A stretch of DNA of 40,385 nucleotides from Octopus bimaculoides (taxonomy: Eukaryota). The stretch's first letter is position 1. Each line of letters begins with the position of its first letter. This document shows, one piece after another, positions 1-11,000 of the stretch. The notes beneath the pieces were generated by a model that saw only the letters and a list, made by a program, of their open reading frames with translations, searched no databases and was not told where the DNA came from. The stretch is from the NCBI RefSeq assembly GCF_001194135.2, contig NC_068984.1, forward strand, positions 62,909,532 to 62,949,916, read 5' to 3'. Both the position numbers and the translations under genes were made by a program.

Positions 1-1479
1 TATATATATATATATATATGCGCCTGGAAGCATACACGGGTGAACGCATGCACGCGTCATATTTCTAAACTCATCCAAATATTTCATCACAGTTGGGTAT
101 ATGTGTGTATGTAAATGCGGATGTATGCGTGTGTGGGTATATGCGTATGTGTGTAGATGCAATAATGTTGTATGTATGCATGTTTTTTTTGCATTATCAG
201 TCTCATAGATAGATGGATCGATAGATAGATTGGCAGAAATAATTTAACGTAATTGAATGTGTTTTGGGCGAAGACACACATGCACACACACGTACGTACA
301 TGCTCACACACGTGTATGTAATGTGTGCACACTTTCATTGGCAGATGCATCACCAGCACAGTCAGAATTAATGACGCGCTGCTTAATTTTATTTATTTCC
401 TTCTTTTAAGTCTTGAAAGGTTGAGCGACTGAAAATGCAAGCTGTTATGTTAGTAACATTCGACTTAGATTTTATTTCATAGATGCATTTGAAAGAAATT
501 CAATTTCGTTCATTCTTTTTTCTCCTTTTCCCTAATTTCCATAATCATCAAATTTTCTTTCTGCTGAATTAGTAACCTAAAAAGATGTTTTAGAAAGTAT
601 TTACATGCATACATTCATCGGTACATAGATCACACACACGCACACACACACCTATATACGCACGCAGTCACATTGGTGCAGACGCGCATATATGCAGACA
701 TACACACACATNNNNNNNNNNNNNNNNNNNNNNNNNNNNNNNNNNNNNNNNNNNNNNNNNNNNNNNNNNNNNNNNNNNNNNNNNNNNNNNNNNNNNNNNN
801 NNNNNNNNNNNNNNNNNNNNNNNNNNNNNNNNNNNNNNNNNNNNNNNNNNNNNNNNNNNNNNNNNNNNNNNNNNNNNNNNNNNNNNNNNNNNNNNNNNNN
901 NNNNNNNNAGATAGATAGATAGATAGATAGATAGATACGTTTTCATATACATACGTAAATATTTGTTTGAGTATGTGTAAGTGTTAAGGTATGTATAGAT
1001 AGATAGGTTTGAGGAGGAATATATATGTATATAAATTTATACATATTTAATTGCATACAAACACACATATCCTTTTGTCTAATTGTGTGAGAGGGTGTGG
1101 TAAAAAGGAAAAATAATCATTTTCTTTGTTTTTCCCTCTTACTGTATCTCGGCATTTAATATACTGTCAGAATGATCCTGAGTCTTTAAATGTGAGTCAC
1201 TGTCTTTATATAGATTTGTTTGTAAGTTGTCCGTTCTGTGTCGCTGCGTGTGCTTCGATACATATGTATACTTGTAAATAGACAAACTCGCATATACTTT
1301 GTGCTTCATTATTTTTATTGCACTTATCAAAACCAAATTTTGCAACATTTGTTCTGGTTCAAAAAATAATGGAATCAAAATATACAATACACTCTACATA
1401 AAAACAAACACGAACCCTCACATGTATATTTCTATATAGATATATATGTGTACATACATATATACACACATACACTTAA

Positions 1480-1572
<93 letters not shown>
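1480..1572. repeat. (TA)n(GT)n microsatellite
   Basis: Directly visible. Similar dinucleotide or tetranucleotide tracts occur at 1-19, 909-937 (GATA)n, 2256-2289, 2462-2490, 17898-18036, 18721-18785, 19125-19330, 21378-21690, 30755-30828 and 32062-32097. Confidence 0.97.
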
Positions 1573-1573
<1 letters not shown>

Positions 1574-1595
1574 ATATGTGTATGCATGGATATAA

Positions 1596-1656
1596 AGCGT
1601 TTTCGTCTGATGATGTAAAGTAATAAGTGCTCCGTCTGCTCTACCAGAAAGACGCT
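1596..1656 (+). ncRNA. Type III-like hammerhead motif with rudimentary stem I
   Basis: AGCGTT-T-T-CGT-CTGATGA-TGTAAAGTA...TGCTCTACCA-GAAA-GACGCT. Both core strings are intact, stem III has 6 pairs (one G-U) plus the A15.1-U16.1 pair, and stem II has about 8 pairs. Only 3 nt lie between UH and CUGA. Confidence 0.4.
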
Positions 1657-2249
1657 ACTTTGAAGTTCTACTGGAATAAGTTAGTGTTGAAGATACTAAT
1701 CAAAGATAGCTAAAAGTAGGTCGTCTTTGAGCAGGTAGATATATATTAAAAACAGAAAATAAGTAAGGAAATGACATTGTATCACTTTAGAACATTTCAT
1801 TTATAATTTAAACACAGTGCGGATTAGTTATAGTAAATAGGTAAAGTAACTTACAATTGTTTCTAGAATAGATAAGCACACAAGTTTTATATTATTGAGT
1901 AATGACTTCCTCGTCAGCCAAGTATTTCATCATTGGAGGGAGAAAGAGTAATAGTATGTGCTTAATCCAGGATATTATTTGTTGCTAGCTCGTTTAGGGA
2001 ATAAGGAGTGTCCAACGTAAACGGTGATTTTGGTTAACAGATACATGATCGAAGGATTAAGGAGATCCACAGTAAGAAATATTTCAGTAAGAAAGATCCA
2101 TTGTTGGAGTATCACAGAAAATCCAATGTTATTGGATGACAGAAGTTGCTAGTTCCGTCTTTATTTACTCAAGATCCGTATGATTAGCTATTCTAAAAAT
2201 TGCTGCAAAAAACTTCGCGTATTTACTATGACTACGCAACACTGTTTAA

Positions 2250-2289
<40 letters not shown>

Positions 2290-2490
2290 NNNNNNNNNNN
2301 NNNNNNNNNNNNNNNNNNNNNNNNNNNNNNNNNNNNNNNNNNNNNNNNNNNNNNNNNNNNNNNNNNNNNNNNNNNNNNNNNNNNNNNNNNNNNNNNNNNN
2401 NNNNNNNNNNNNNNNNNNNNNNNNNNNNNNNNNNNNNNNNNNNNNNNNNNNNNNNNNNNNNGTGTGTGTGTGTGTGTGTGTGTGTGTGTG

Positions 2491-2770
2491 ATTGTATAAT
2501 TCAAAATGAAAACAAGAAAAAACAACTTTGCAAGGACGTAGTATATGCAAAATGTTAATGAGACACTCACAGAAGGAAAGAAAGAGCGGTTGTTTAACGC
2601 TTCGAGCACAGCTCTTCTTCAGAAGCAGGGGACATAGGAACGTCCAAAAGAAAAAGGGGGAAAGAATCGCCAATAGTCCACGTGCAGTTACATTTATGAA
2701 ATGACCGGAAGTAGATGGACAAAGAGAAAATGTTTTTTGGACAGGAGAGTTTGAAGAATGGTTAGTATCT
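2491..2770 (-). mobile_element. Short non-coding (GT)n-embedded element carrying a minimal hammerhead; probable Penelope pLTR-derived or non-autonomous retroelement
   Basis: About 280 bp of unique sequence between two GT-rich tracts, containing the hammerhead motif at 2593-2625. No ORF. Confidence 0.5.
2593..2625 (-). ncRNA. Minimal type I hammerhead ribozyme motif with one core substitution
   Basis: Minus: CTT-CTGAAGA-A-GAGC-TGT-GCTC-GAAG-CG-TT-AAA. CUGANGA core, perfect 4-bp stem II, zero-loop CG stem III, UH=UU and a short stem I. GAAA is changed to GAAG. Confidence 0.7.
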
Positions 2771-3649
2771 GTGTGTATGTGTGCGTGCGTGTGCGTGCGG
2801 TGTGTGCGTGTGCAGTGTGTCATGTGTGNNNNNNNNNNNNNNNNNNNNNNNNNNNNNNNNNNNNNNNNNNNNNNNNNNNNNNNNNNNNNNNNNNNNNNNN
2901 NNNNNNNNNNNNNNNNNNNNNNNNNNNNGTTAATACCTAATTTAGAGAATTAACATTGCTTATATATATATATATATAGGGAGGACGATAAGCATAAATA
3001 CAGACTTGTATATATAGAGATATATAAGTGATAGTTATAAGTATAGACATTGCGATATATAGATATATTGGCTGAAACTTGAAACGATATATATTTTCCA
3101 AATAACAATGTGCATATAGACTTTTTCCCAAGAATGCTCAATAAATATTTATGGCCTAAAATTTTATTCGACCTTGAAGTTACATTAACACGTAATAAAT
3201 CTTAGTTTCCGCCTTTTTGTGGGTCAAATTTGAAATAGCATTTTAAAAGTATACTTGATAAATATATGACCAAATTCCTCTGTGGCATGANNNNNNNNNN
3301 NNNNNNNNNNNNNNNNNNNNNNNNNNNNNNNNNNNNNNNNNNNNNNNNNNNNNNNNNNNNNNNNNNNNNNNNNNNNNNNNNNNNNNNNNNNNNNNNNNNN
3401 NNNNNNNNNNNNNNNNNNNNNNNNNNNNNNNNNNNNNNNNNNNNNNNNNNNNNNNNNNNNNNNNNNNNNNNNNNNNNNNNNNNNNNNNNNNNNNNNNNNN
3501 NNNNNNNNNNNNNNNNNNNNNNNNNNNNNNNNNNNNNNNNNNNNNNNNNNNNNNNNNNNNNNNNNNNNNNNNNNNNNNNNNNNNNNNNNTTTTTTTTCTT
3601 TCTGCACAACTGATGCATTATTTACTTAAACAAGATTGATGTAATGCCA

Positions 3650-4300
3650 TTTTCTCAAAACGGACCTCTTGCGAAGGCCGTTATTATTAAGCGACTCCCT
3701 TCAATGCGGTTTTTCAAGTATAATGATACATTAGTCAAATATAATTTTGAGATTAAGATTTTCCGAAGTTCATACAGTCTAAAGATTCTCAGAATAAAAA
3801 TAATATTAATAGAACCTAGAACAGCCACCCCTAACCACCACTCTATGGTCACGACCGATACGCATAACAACAATATCAATTTGAGCTAATCTCCGAATAA
3901 TATCCTAGACTATAACTTGTCCATAAATAGTACAGCATCATTCTTACCCACATTTAAACCATGTAGGACAGATAGATCCAGCTGAAACTGCTGATCTGGG
4001 GCCGAATGCCCGCTGCAAACACAATGCAAACGATTTAACGTTGTGTATAATTGCACTGTCTACAACGTACTGCACAATTCTGCTAGCCTCTGGGACTACA
4101 ATTAATATTAAGCGGAAATATTCCGCACTCTGAATTCCTGTAGATATGGGGAGCACAGCAAGTTCATTTCCCTAGCCAACCACATACCCACCTGATAAAT
4201 AAGAAAATATAGGATAACCAGGGCTATAATTGATTCTGGTGTGTCAAGCCAGGGCCACGTTCTACATGTGGACTTTGCCTTCAGGAAACCCACCAAATAT
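3650..4300 (-). mobile_element. Highly degenerate RTE-like LINE remnant
   Basis: Minus frames contain IVQYVVDSAII (a YADD-like RT motif) and, downstream, LRKILISKLYLTNVSLYLKNRIEG (cf. RTE LRKIL..I.W...TNVSVL...IE). Spacing is shorter than in intact RTEs and the resemblance is weak. Confidence 0.45.
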
Positions 4301-4552
4301 TAATTCATGATTAACCACAGTTACTTAATAGATAACAGGAAGCATTTTATTCTTGCAAACATAAGTTCTATCATACCTTTAGGTTCCTCCTGAGGCCTAA
4401 TTGCAAGTGAAATTAGCACACATGATATCTACAACGCCTGCCTCTCTGTATTCATAGTCGTAACAATATTCGTGCGTATTTCCTTCATTTACTAATGCCT
4501 ATACCCTAAACACGTATTTTTGAAGTTCGCTGGTTACGCTAAGCTTTTTAAT

Positions 4553-4677
4553 TACTCTTTTACTCTTTTAATTGTTTCAGTCTTTTGACTGTGGCCATGC
4601 TGGAGCACCGCCTTTAGTCGAGCAAATCGACCCCAGGACTTATTCTTTAGAAGCCTAGTACTTATTCTATCGGTCTC
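4553..4677 (-). mobile_element. 3' part of family 1 SINE, running into a gap
   Basis: TTTCAGTC..TGACTGTGGCCATGCTGGAGCACCGCC-TTTAGTCGAGCAAATCGACCCCAGGACTTATT aligns with 23079-23160. Short (TTACTCTT)n tail. Confidence 0.8.
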
Positions 4678-6762
4678 NNNNNNNNNNNNNNNNNNNNNNN
4701 NNNNNNNNNNNNNNNNNNNNNNNNNNNNNNNNNNNNNNNNNNNNNNNNNNNNNNNNNNNNNNNNNNNNNNNNNNNNNNNNNNNNNNNNNNNNNNNNNNNN
4801 NNNNNNNNNNNNNNNNNNNNNNNNNNNNNNNNNNNNNNNNNNNNNNNNNNNNNNNNNNNNNNNNNNNNNNNNNNNNNNNNNNNNNNNNNNNNNNNNNNNN
4901 NNNNNNNNNNNNNNNNNNNNNNNNNNNNNNNNNNNNNNNNNNNNNNNNNNNNNNNNNNNNNNNNNNNNNNNNNNNNNNNNNNNNNNNNNNNNNNNNNNNN
5001 NNNNNNNNNNNNNNNNNNNNNNNNNNNNNNNNNNNNNNNNNNNNNNNNNNNNNNNNNNNNNNNNNNNNNNNNNNNNNNNNNNNNNNNNNNNNNNNNNNNN
5101 NNNNNNNNNNNNNNNNNNNNNNNNNNNNNNNNNNNNNNNNNNNNNNNNNNNNNNNNNNNNNNNNNNNNNNNNNNNNNNNNNNNNNNNNNNNNNNNNNNNN
5201 NNNNNNNNNNNNNNNNNNNNNNNNNNNNNNNNNNNNNNNNNNNNNNNNNNNNNNNNNNNNNNNNNNNNNNNNNNNNNNNNNNNNNNNNNNNNNNNNNNNN
5301 NNNNNNNNNNNNNNNNNNNNNNNNNNNNNNNNNNNNNNNNNNNNNNNNTGTATATATATATATATCTAGTGAAGACGCGTGGCTTCGAGGTTTGGAGTAT
5401 CCGGCTGCCGATTGTAAGATCATGCGTGAGGTGAATTCCTGATGACGCGTTTTGTTCTAGAGCAAACCTCTCGACAGATTATGTCATACTGAAACGCCCA
5501 GAGAACTACGTCAAAGGTAGATGTGTTCATGGAGTGTTTAGATACTTTCCCGTTAATTTCACGAGCAGGCTGTTCCATTGACAGTATCAACTGGAACACT
5601 CCGGATCAACAGGCACTCCGTCATAACTAACGGAGTACTAGTTTTGGTTTAATATCGCATAGTATACATGTGTATCCCTAGATCGTTATTTTAAAAGAAA
5701 CATTTCATTAAAAAGATTGCAGACGCTGAATCCCTGATGTACAAAACTTTTGTTTAAAGGCCTCATAAAAAATATTAAATGATATAAAAATAAAATAAAA
5801 ACATTCTAAAAACTTACTGTTGATTGTAATACATTTTTGTATTACATTTCGATAAGATGAACCGGAAATACACAAACAAAGAAGAGAGAGAGGATGGTAA
5901 TAGAGCTTTGCTGGGACAATGATAGAGCGTTGCAAAAGAAAAGACGTACAAATGTAAGACTAAAAAATGCGCGCAATAGTGAATAGAATGGCGTTTTCTG
6001 ATTCACGTGTAGTCGAAACCTTCAATAAGTTGAAAGCGACATTTTCATTAAAAGAAAATATCAGAATTGGAAATTATAAGAGATTTCTATAATGTGACGA
6101 CTTTCATAAGTGCTCTGTTTTTGTTTTGTGTTTTTGTTTCTTTTTGTACAAGTAACATGAATACAACTAATTAATGAGCAGTTTTCTTCGTATGTAAAAC
6201 CCAAACAGACTTGTTTTCAGTTTTCATTTGTGCCATAATGTCATTGTCTACTATGAAATATCAAAATATTTTCCCGTATATTGAGACATGTTTCTTAACT
6301 CAATTCTAATTCATGTATCACATGCATAGGAATTTGGAGTCATAATTTCTATTGTATGTAATTCATTTCCAGATATTGACAATGGATTTAACTTCTTTAA
6401 AGTTGATTGCCTTTTAATCCATATATTCCTTACATACGAGTTGTGCGCTGTCTCCATTACGCTGCGGCTTCTGCACATCTCTTTCATGGTGATCTCCGTT
6501 TGATCGTGCTTGCACAAGAATAGTGACAGATAATATATATATATATATATANNNNNNNNNNNNNNNNNNNNNNNNNNNNNNNNNNNNNNNNNNNNNNNNN
6601 NNNNNNNNNNNNNNNNNNNNNNNNNNNNNNNNNNNNNNNNNNNNNNNNNNNNNNNNNNNNNNNNNNNNNNNNNNNNNNNNNNNNNNNNNNNNNNNNNNNN
6701 NNNNNNNNNNNNNNNNNNNNNNNNNNNNNNNNNNNNNNNNNNNNNNNNNACATGTATATATA

Positions 6763-9090
6763 CTAGCAGAAACACCCGTCATTGACTGGGTTGAAAAATA
6801 CTGCGAAAATTGTACTATGAATATTGATGAAAGTTATTCACTTAGACTGTATTAAACATATATAAGAAATAGTTCTTAACTTTCATGTAGACGATAGAAC
6901 TGTTTTCGTCTGGCCAGTATTATCATGGATGCATATACACTTCTGATCTATGACCTATAGTATTTCAGTCTATAAGTGAAGCAACCATCACACAGACTTT
7001 GGCTTATGTCTAGTACAAGATAAGTAAATAAATGTTCGGGAAAACTAAAGATATATTTACTATAATTTATTGAACTTAGTATTACAACAAACAAAAATAG
7101 AAATAGCTTTTCTTAGAGGAATATAGTGTGACGTTGACAATATGAATTCAAAGTTATTAATCATTCTGCAAATTTAATTAGTTGATCCCATGGTAAAGAC
7201 TTCCTTATAGACAATGTTTTGGGTTTTACCAGCAGGGGCAAAAATTAAAAGATTGTTCTTGCTCCCCACTCTGGATATCACGCATATAACTGACCGTTTG
7301 AGAAACAGTCCTCTTTTAATTGCAAACAAGCAACTTTCAAAGTCTGATCTTGGAACCTATTCATGGGCATAGCAAAAGACAGAGGTATTGGAAATTGAAG
7401 TCATTTAACTCGAAGGGCATATTGAAAGATATTAAAGGTAAGCGAGGGATAAAAACACCTTCACTTACTCTACAGCCACAAATTATTGTGACCTGTATGA
7501 GATTTCTCATCGATTACTTGACAACAAATCTTGTGCCACTGCACAAATTTGGTTGAGAAAGGTTGCGCAGAAGCATGATTGGAGCGTCTATTTTCAATGG
7601 AAGACAACGACGAGGAGCTCCTGGTTGCTGCAGTGAATTTTAGAACAGGATAATTGACTATTTCCGATTCATCTGCAACAGAGTCTATAGATTTGGAAGT
7701 ATGTTCGTTTCCTGCTAAAAGTTTCTCGAGTTTTCATTTGAATTATTCACAGTAACGTTCTTTGGTGCCATGATTGCTCTTTCGCACAACAAAGCAGCTT
7801 TTGTGTAATTTGAAATTTTACTTAGAAAACGTTTTCAATAAGTTCTGTCAAGGTGCAGAATTTTGATGGATCGAAGTCACCTTCATGATTGATATCTAGC
7901 CTTCATTCTCCAAGTTGCAAAATAGTATGGACAAATTGTTCTGACAGATGATCCCCATGCAAATATGCCCTTATATTTGTAGCACTTTGATATGTTGCCA
8001 TAAAATAGATTTCAAGTATGATCTCAATTCGTTCGCCTTTGTTCCCCTGGAAATCACTGATGAAGTTTGTCTGAAATCACCTGAAAGTACTACTGTCACA
8101 CTTCCCATCAAACAATTGGAATTGCGCAAATCCTGCAGCATTCTGTTAACAGTTTCTACTGAATTTTATGGGATAGTGTAGCTCCGTCTCATGCGATCAA
8201 AGAACATTTCATGACAACTTGAGCTAAAGGAGAACTTTTACTAATATTCCAGAGAGGTTCATCATTTGAAGTTATATTGAATGTCAGCTTGAATGCTGCG
8301 TGAGCTGTTCGGCCTCTTGGAAGTAAAGTCGCAATAATTCCAGAGATCCGGACTTTGGCTAGCATTAAATTTGTTAGAACAGCTTTACCAGTTCTTCCTG
8401 AGGTGTCTAAAAAATATAATCCTCCTCTCTTATGTGTCACTTGGTCAATGACTTTTGTATATGCAAGTCGTTGGTCTGGCAAAAGTTTCGGGACATAATT
8501 TTCAAGGATTATTGTTAATGAGTCAATATCATATTAAGTTTCTCACAAAACTTTTGTGATCAAACCATTCACTTGATTTCGATGAGTTTCAGGTAAGCCA
8601 AGCTCTTCCCCTCCCATTGAGACAACGCGATCTTCAATATCAACCAATGCAGAATGATATATGTCATTGTTGAATGCTGTTTCCCTCTCAAGGAATCTTA
8701 ATTGTGCTAGACATTTCCAGTCTTCTGATAAATGATTCTTATATCTGTGCCACAACACTAATGGATTATTTACTTCACAATTCAGGAGAAGAATTGCAAA
8801 AAGATCTCTCAAATAGGTGTGCGTAACACTGAAGACTCAATCATTGTTCTATCCCACCGATTGTCATCTTCTAACAAATATAAGGCCAAACAGCCTTATT
8901 AGTAATAACAGCCTGAATTATTACTAAACAGCCTGAATTAGTACTAACAGTTTGACCAGCAATCGTTCTCATTGAAACTGATGGATATGACGGTAAAGTG
9001 GTGTATTGTGATGCCCAACAGATAGTATCTTGCATGTAAATGTGCCATAATAGTGGGCTCTAAAGAAACAGCAGATGGAATTCCTGGTGC
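6763..9090 (-). mobile_element. Helitron (RepHel) remnant, 5'-truncated, with degenerate PIF1-like helicase and intact 3' terminus
   Basis: Minus-strand translations across stops and frameshifts give successive RepHel motifs: RYYL..HH..SFN..RTIAGQ (~9030-8950), LLEDDNRWD (~8870), RDLFAILLLNCEVNNPLVLW, GGLYFLDTSGRTGK (Walker A, GxGKT-like), SGIIATLLPRGRTAHAAFKL, VVLSGDFRQ (~8090-8068), CFSNGQLY, SRVGSKNNLLIFAPAGKTQNIVYKEV (~7200). The 3' end has the hairpin ACCC(A)GTC-AAT-GACGGGT (6774-6791) followed by CTAG|T at 6766-6763. Confidence 0.93.
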
Positions 9091-9172
9091 TAGAGAATGG
9101 GTGTATGTGTATGTGTATGTAATGCATGCAGGCATGTATGTATGTATGTTTATGTATGTACGTGTGTATGTT

Positions 9173-9210
<38 letters not shown>

Positions 9211-9409
9211 NNNNNNNNNNGATATGACGGTAAAGTGGTGTATTGTGATGCCCAACAGATAGTATCTTGCGTGTAAATGTGCCATAATAATGGGCTCTAA
9301 AGAAACAGCAGATGGAATTCCTGGTGCTAGAGAATGGGTGTATGTGTATGTGTATGTAATGCATGCAGGCATGTATGTATGTATGTTTATGTATGTACGT
9401 GTGTATGTT

Positions 9410-9447
<38 letters not shown>
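8984..9447. repeat. Near-identical ~227-bp tandem duplicate across a 10-N gap (probable assembly or haplotype artefact)
   Basis: 8984-9210 versus 9221-~9447 differ at only two substitutions that I could see (GCATGT/GCGTGT, ATAGTGG/ATAATGG), and both copies end in (GT)n. Confidence 0.85.
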
Positions 9448-9450
<3 letters not shown>

Positions 9451-10149
9451 CTATTTCAGAGTTGTTAAAATTGTGCAGTTGTGCAATTTTCAACTTTTAT
9501 ACGATAATCTTCAGGAAATGTTTACATAAAGGCATTAACATTAATGATTGAGGTATTCCCTTAAATATCTTGTAATGGGCTCTATCTGGGTGAGGCTTAC
9601 GAAAACTATTTTAACACACCATCATGTGACGTAGACGTCATGACTTTATTAAAGTGTTATCACAGGTAATATCAATGGCACTTAGTCATACAAACGTCTT
9701 AACCAATCAGAATCACCAACAAAATATTCCGCTAAAATCAGATGTTGAGAAACAATAGTCCTGCCTTGAATATTTTTAAATGAAATTAAAAGTTAAATTC
9801 AAATTCAAATTATTGTGAATGTTACTATAGTTTTTGAATAAAGTTACGTTCAAATTGATTTCAATGACACTATACTTCATGTTATTTTCTATTCAGAACG
9901 GGTTTGAGCTTTTTGATAAAATTTTTTGTGTTACAATTCTAACTTCACTTGAGTTGTAAAGTGTTAAAACATTGCCCTCCTCACCACACGTCAGTACTCT
10001 GGCTTGAAGTCATCCAAGTTCTTTGGTATCTAACCTTATTTCATAGAATCCAACAGCAACCACCATTCCTACAGATTCCCACACAAATATATCCTTCCTA
10101 ATTAAAAATTCTGTAGAGAAATAATCAACTGCGAAGTTTGAACAGATAC

Positions 10150-10300
10150 GTCAAACTCTCCCTTCAGTATGTTAGGATAAACCAAGTATCCCTCGAGCAA
10201 GCAAACACATAATATCTACATATATCAAGGAAACAATCTTGTATTACAACTTGCCTCTGCATGGACAAGATATAGTTCATTTACCTAAATTTTTCCCAAA
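10150..10300 (+). mobile_element. Possible RTE-like LINE remnant
   Basis: Plus frame KYPSSKQTHNIYIYQGNNLVLQLASAWTRY resembles the RTE motif KYLGS.......EI..RIQLASAAFGRL. Short and diverged. Confidence 0.3.
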
Positions 10301-10449
10301 AATAATTGTCTCCATAGTTTCTAATAATCATTCTTAATAATTGCACACATAGCTAAACTGTACCCTAAAGAGTAGGATCCAACTGAAGGCCAGAAAAATC
10401 ACTCGGTCTTATCCTTTGTTGAGCATTTATGATGTAAAGGTAGATACTA

Positions 10450-11000
10450 TATATTATTATTTGCATATTTGGAATGGTTATACAGACTTACCAGGCTTCA
10501 TATAAACATCATCCACCTGAGACTATATATTTCAAAGATTCCCCAGAAATCTATAAAGCCTTTCCAACTTTTGTTCTGGTTATCTCTTCTCATGTTACAA
10601 TGAGTTCTTTTTTTCTGTTCCAGCAACTGTTATGCTAGTTTCTTTTCATATCAACTTTCTATTATTCTCTGAACCCTTTTCTTACATACTTTCTTGAACT
10701 TTTCTCATTAGAGCTATACTCCACTGCAACACCATTTTCTATCCATGTTACTCCTTTTGGCACTTCGCCGGTAACATGTAAATCGGTCATAAACTGTTTT
10801 GATCACACCAATAGTAATAGGTCTGGAAAAATTGTTGTTTCCTCTCAAAATATGGTAAAATATAATTACTTCATATCTCAAGGTTATTATATATTTTCCT
10901 ATATTTTTCATCGTTCTGTGATTTACTTCCATTTTAATAGTTGATTGAAAACACGGAGGGTGTATATAAGTACAACAAATACTTGATGTTGATGTGAAAT
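10450..11000 (-). mobile_element. Possible RTE-like LINE remnant
   Basis: Minus frames give STIKMEVNHR (cf. I..EVNHRI) and SLRWM (cf. LRW.GH) in the expected order. Heavily decayed. Confidence 0.3.

Noticed and set aside
87-3618. ORFs rich in X, YI, HT or VC in the ORF track, here and at 4662-5423, 6311-6855, 8944-9551, 14463-14727, 18602-19461, 21289-21790, 31519-32194 and 38524-38871
   Set aside because: They are read-through of N-gaps and dinucleotide repeats, not genes.
9486-9520. Minus-strand CTGAAGA-TTAT-CGT-ATAA-AAG-TT-GAAAAT hammerhead-like string
   Set aside because: Stems I and II are plausible, but GAAA and stem III would need several deletions.
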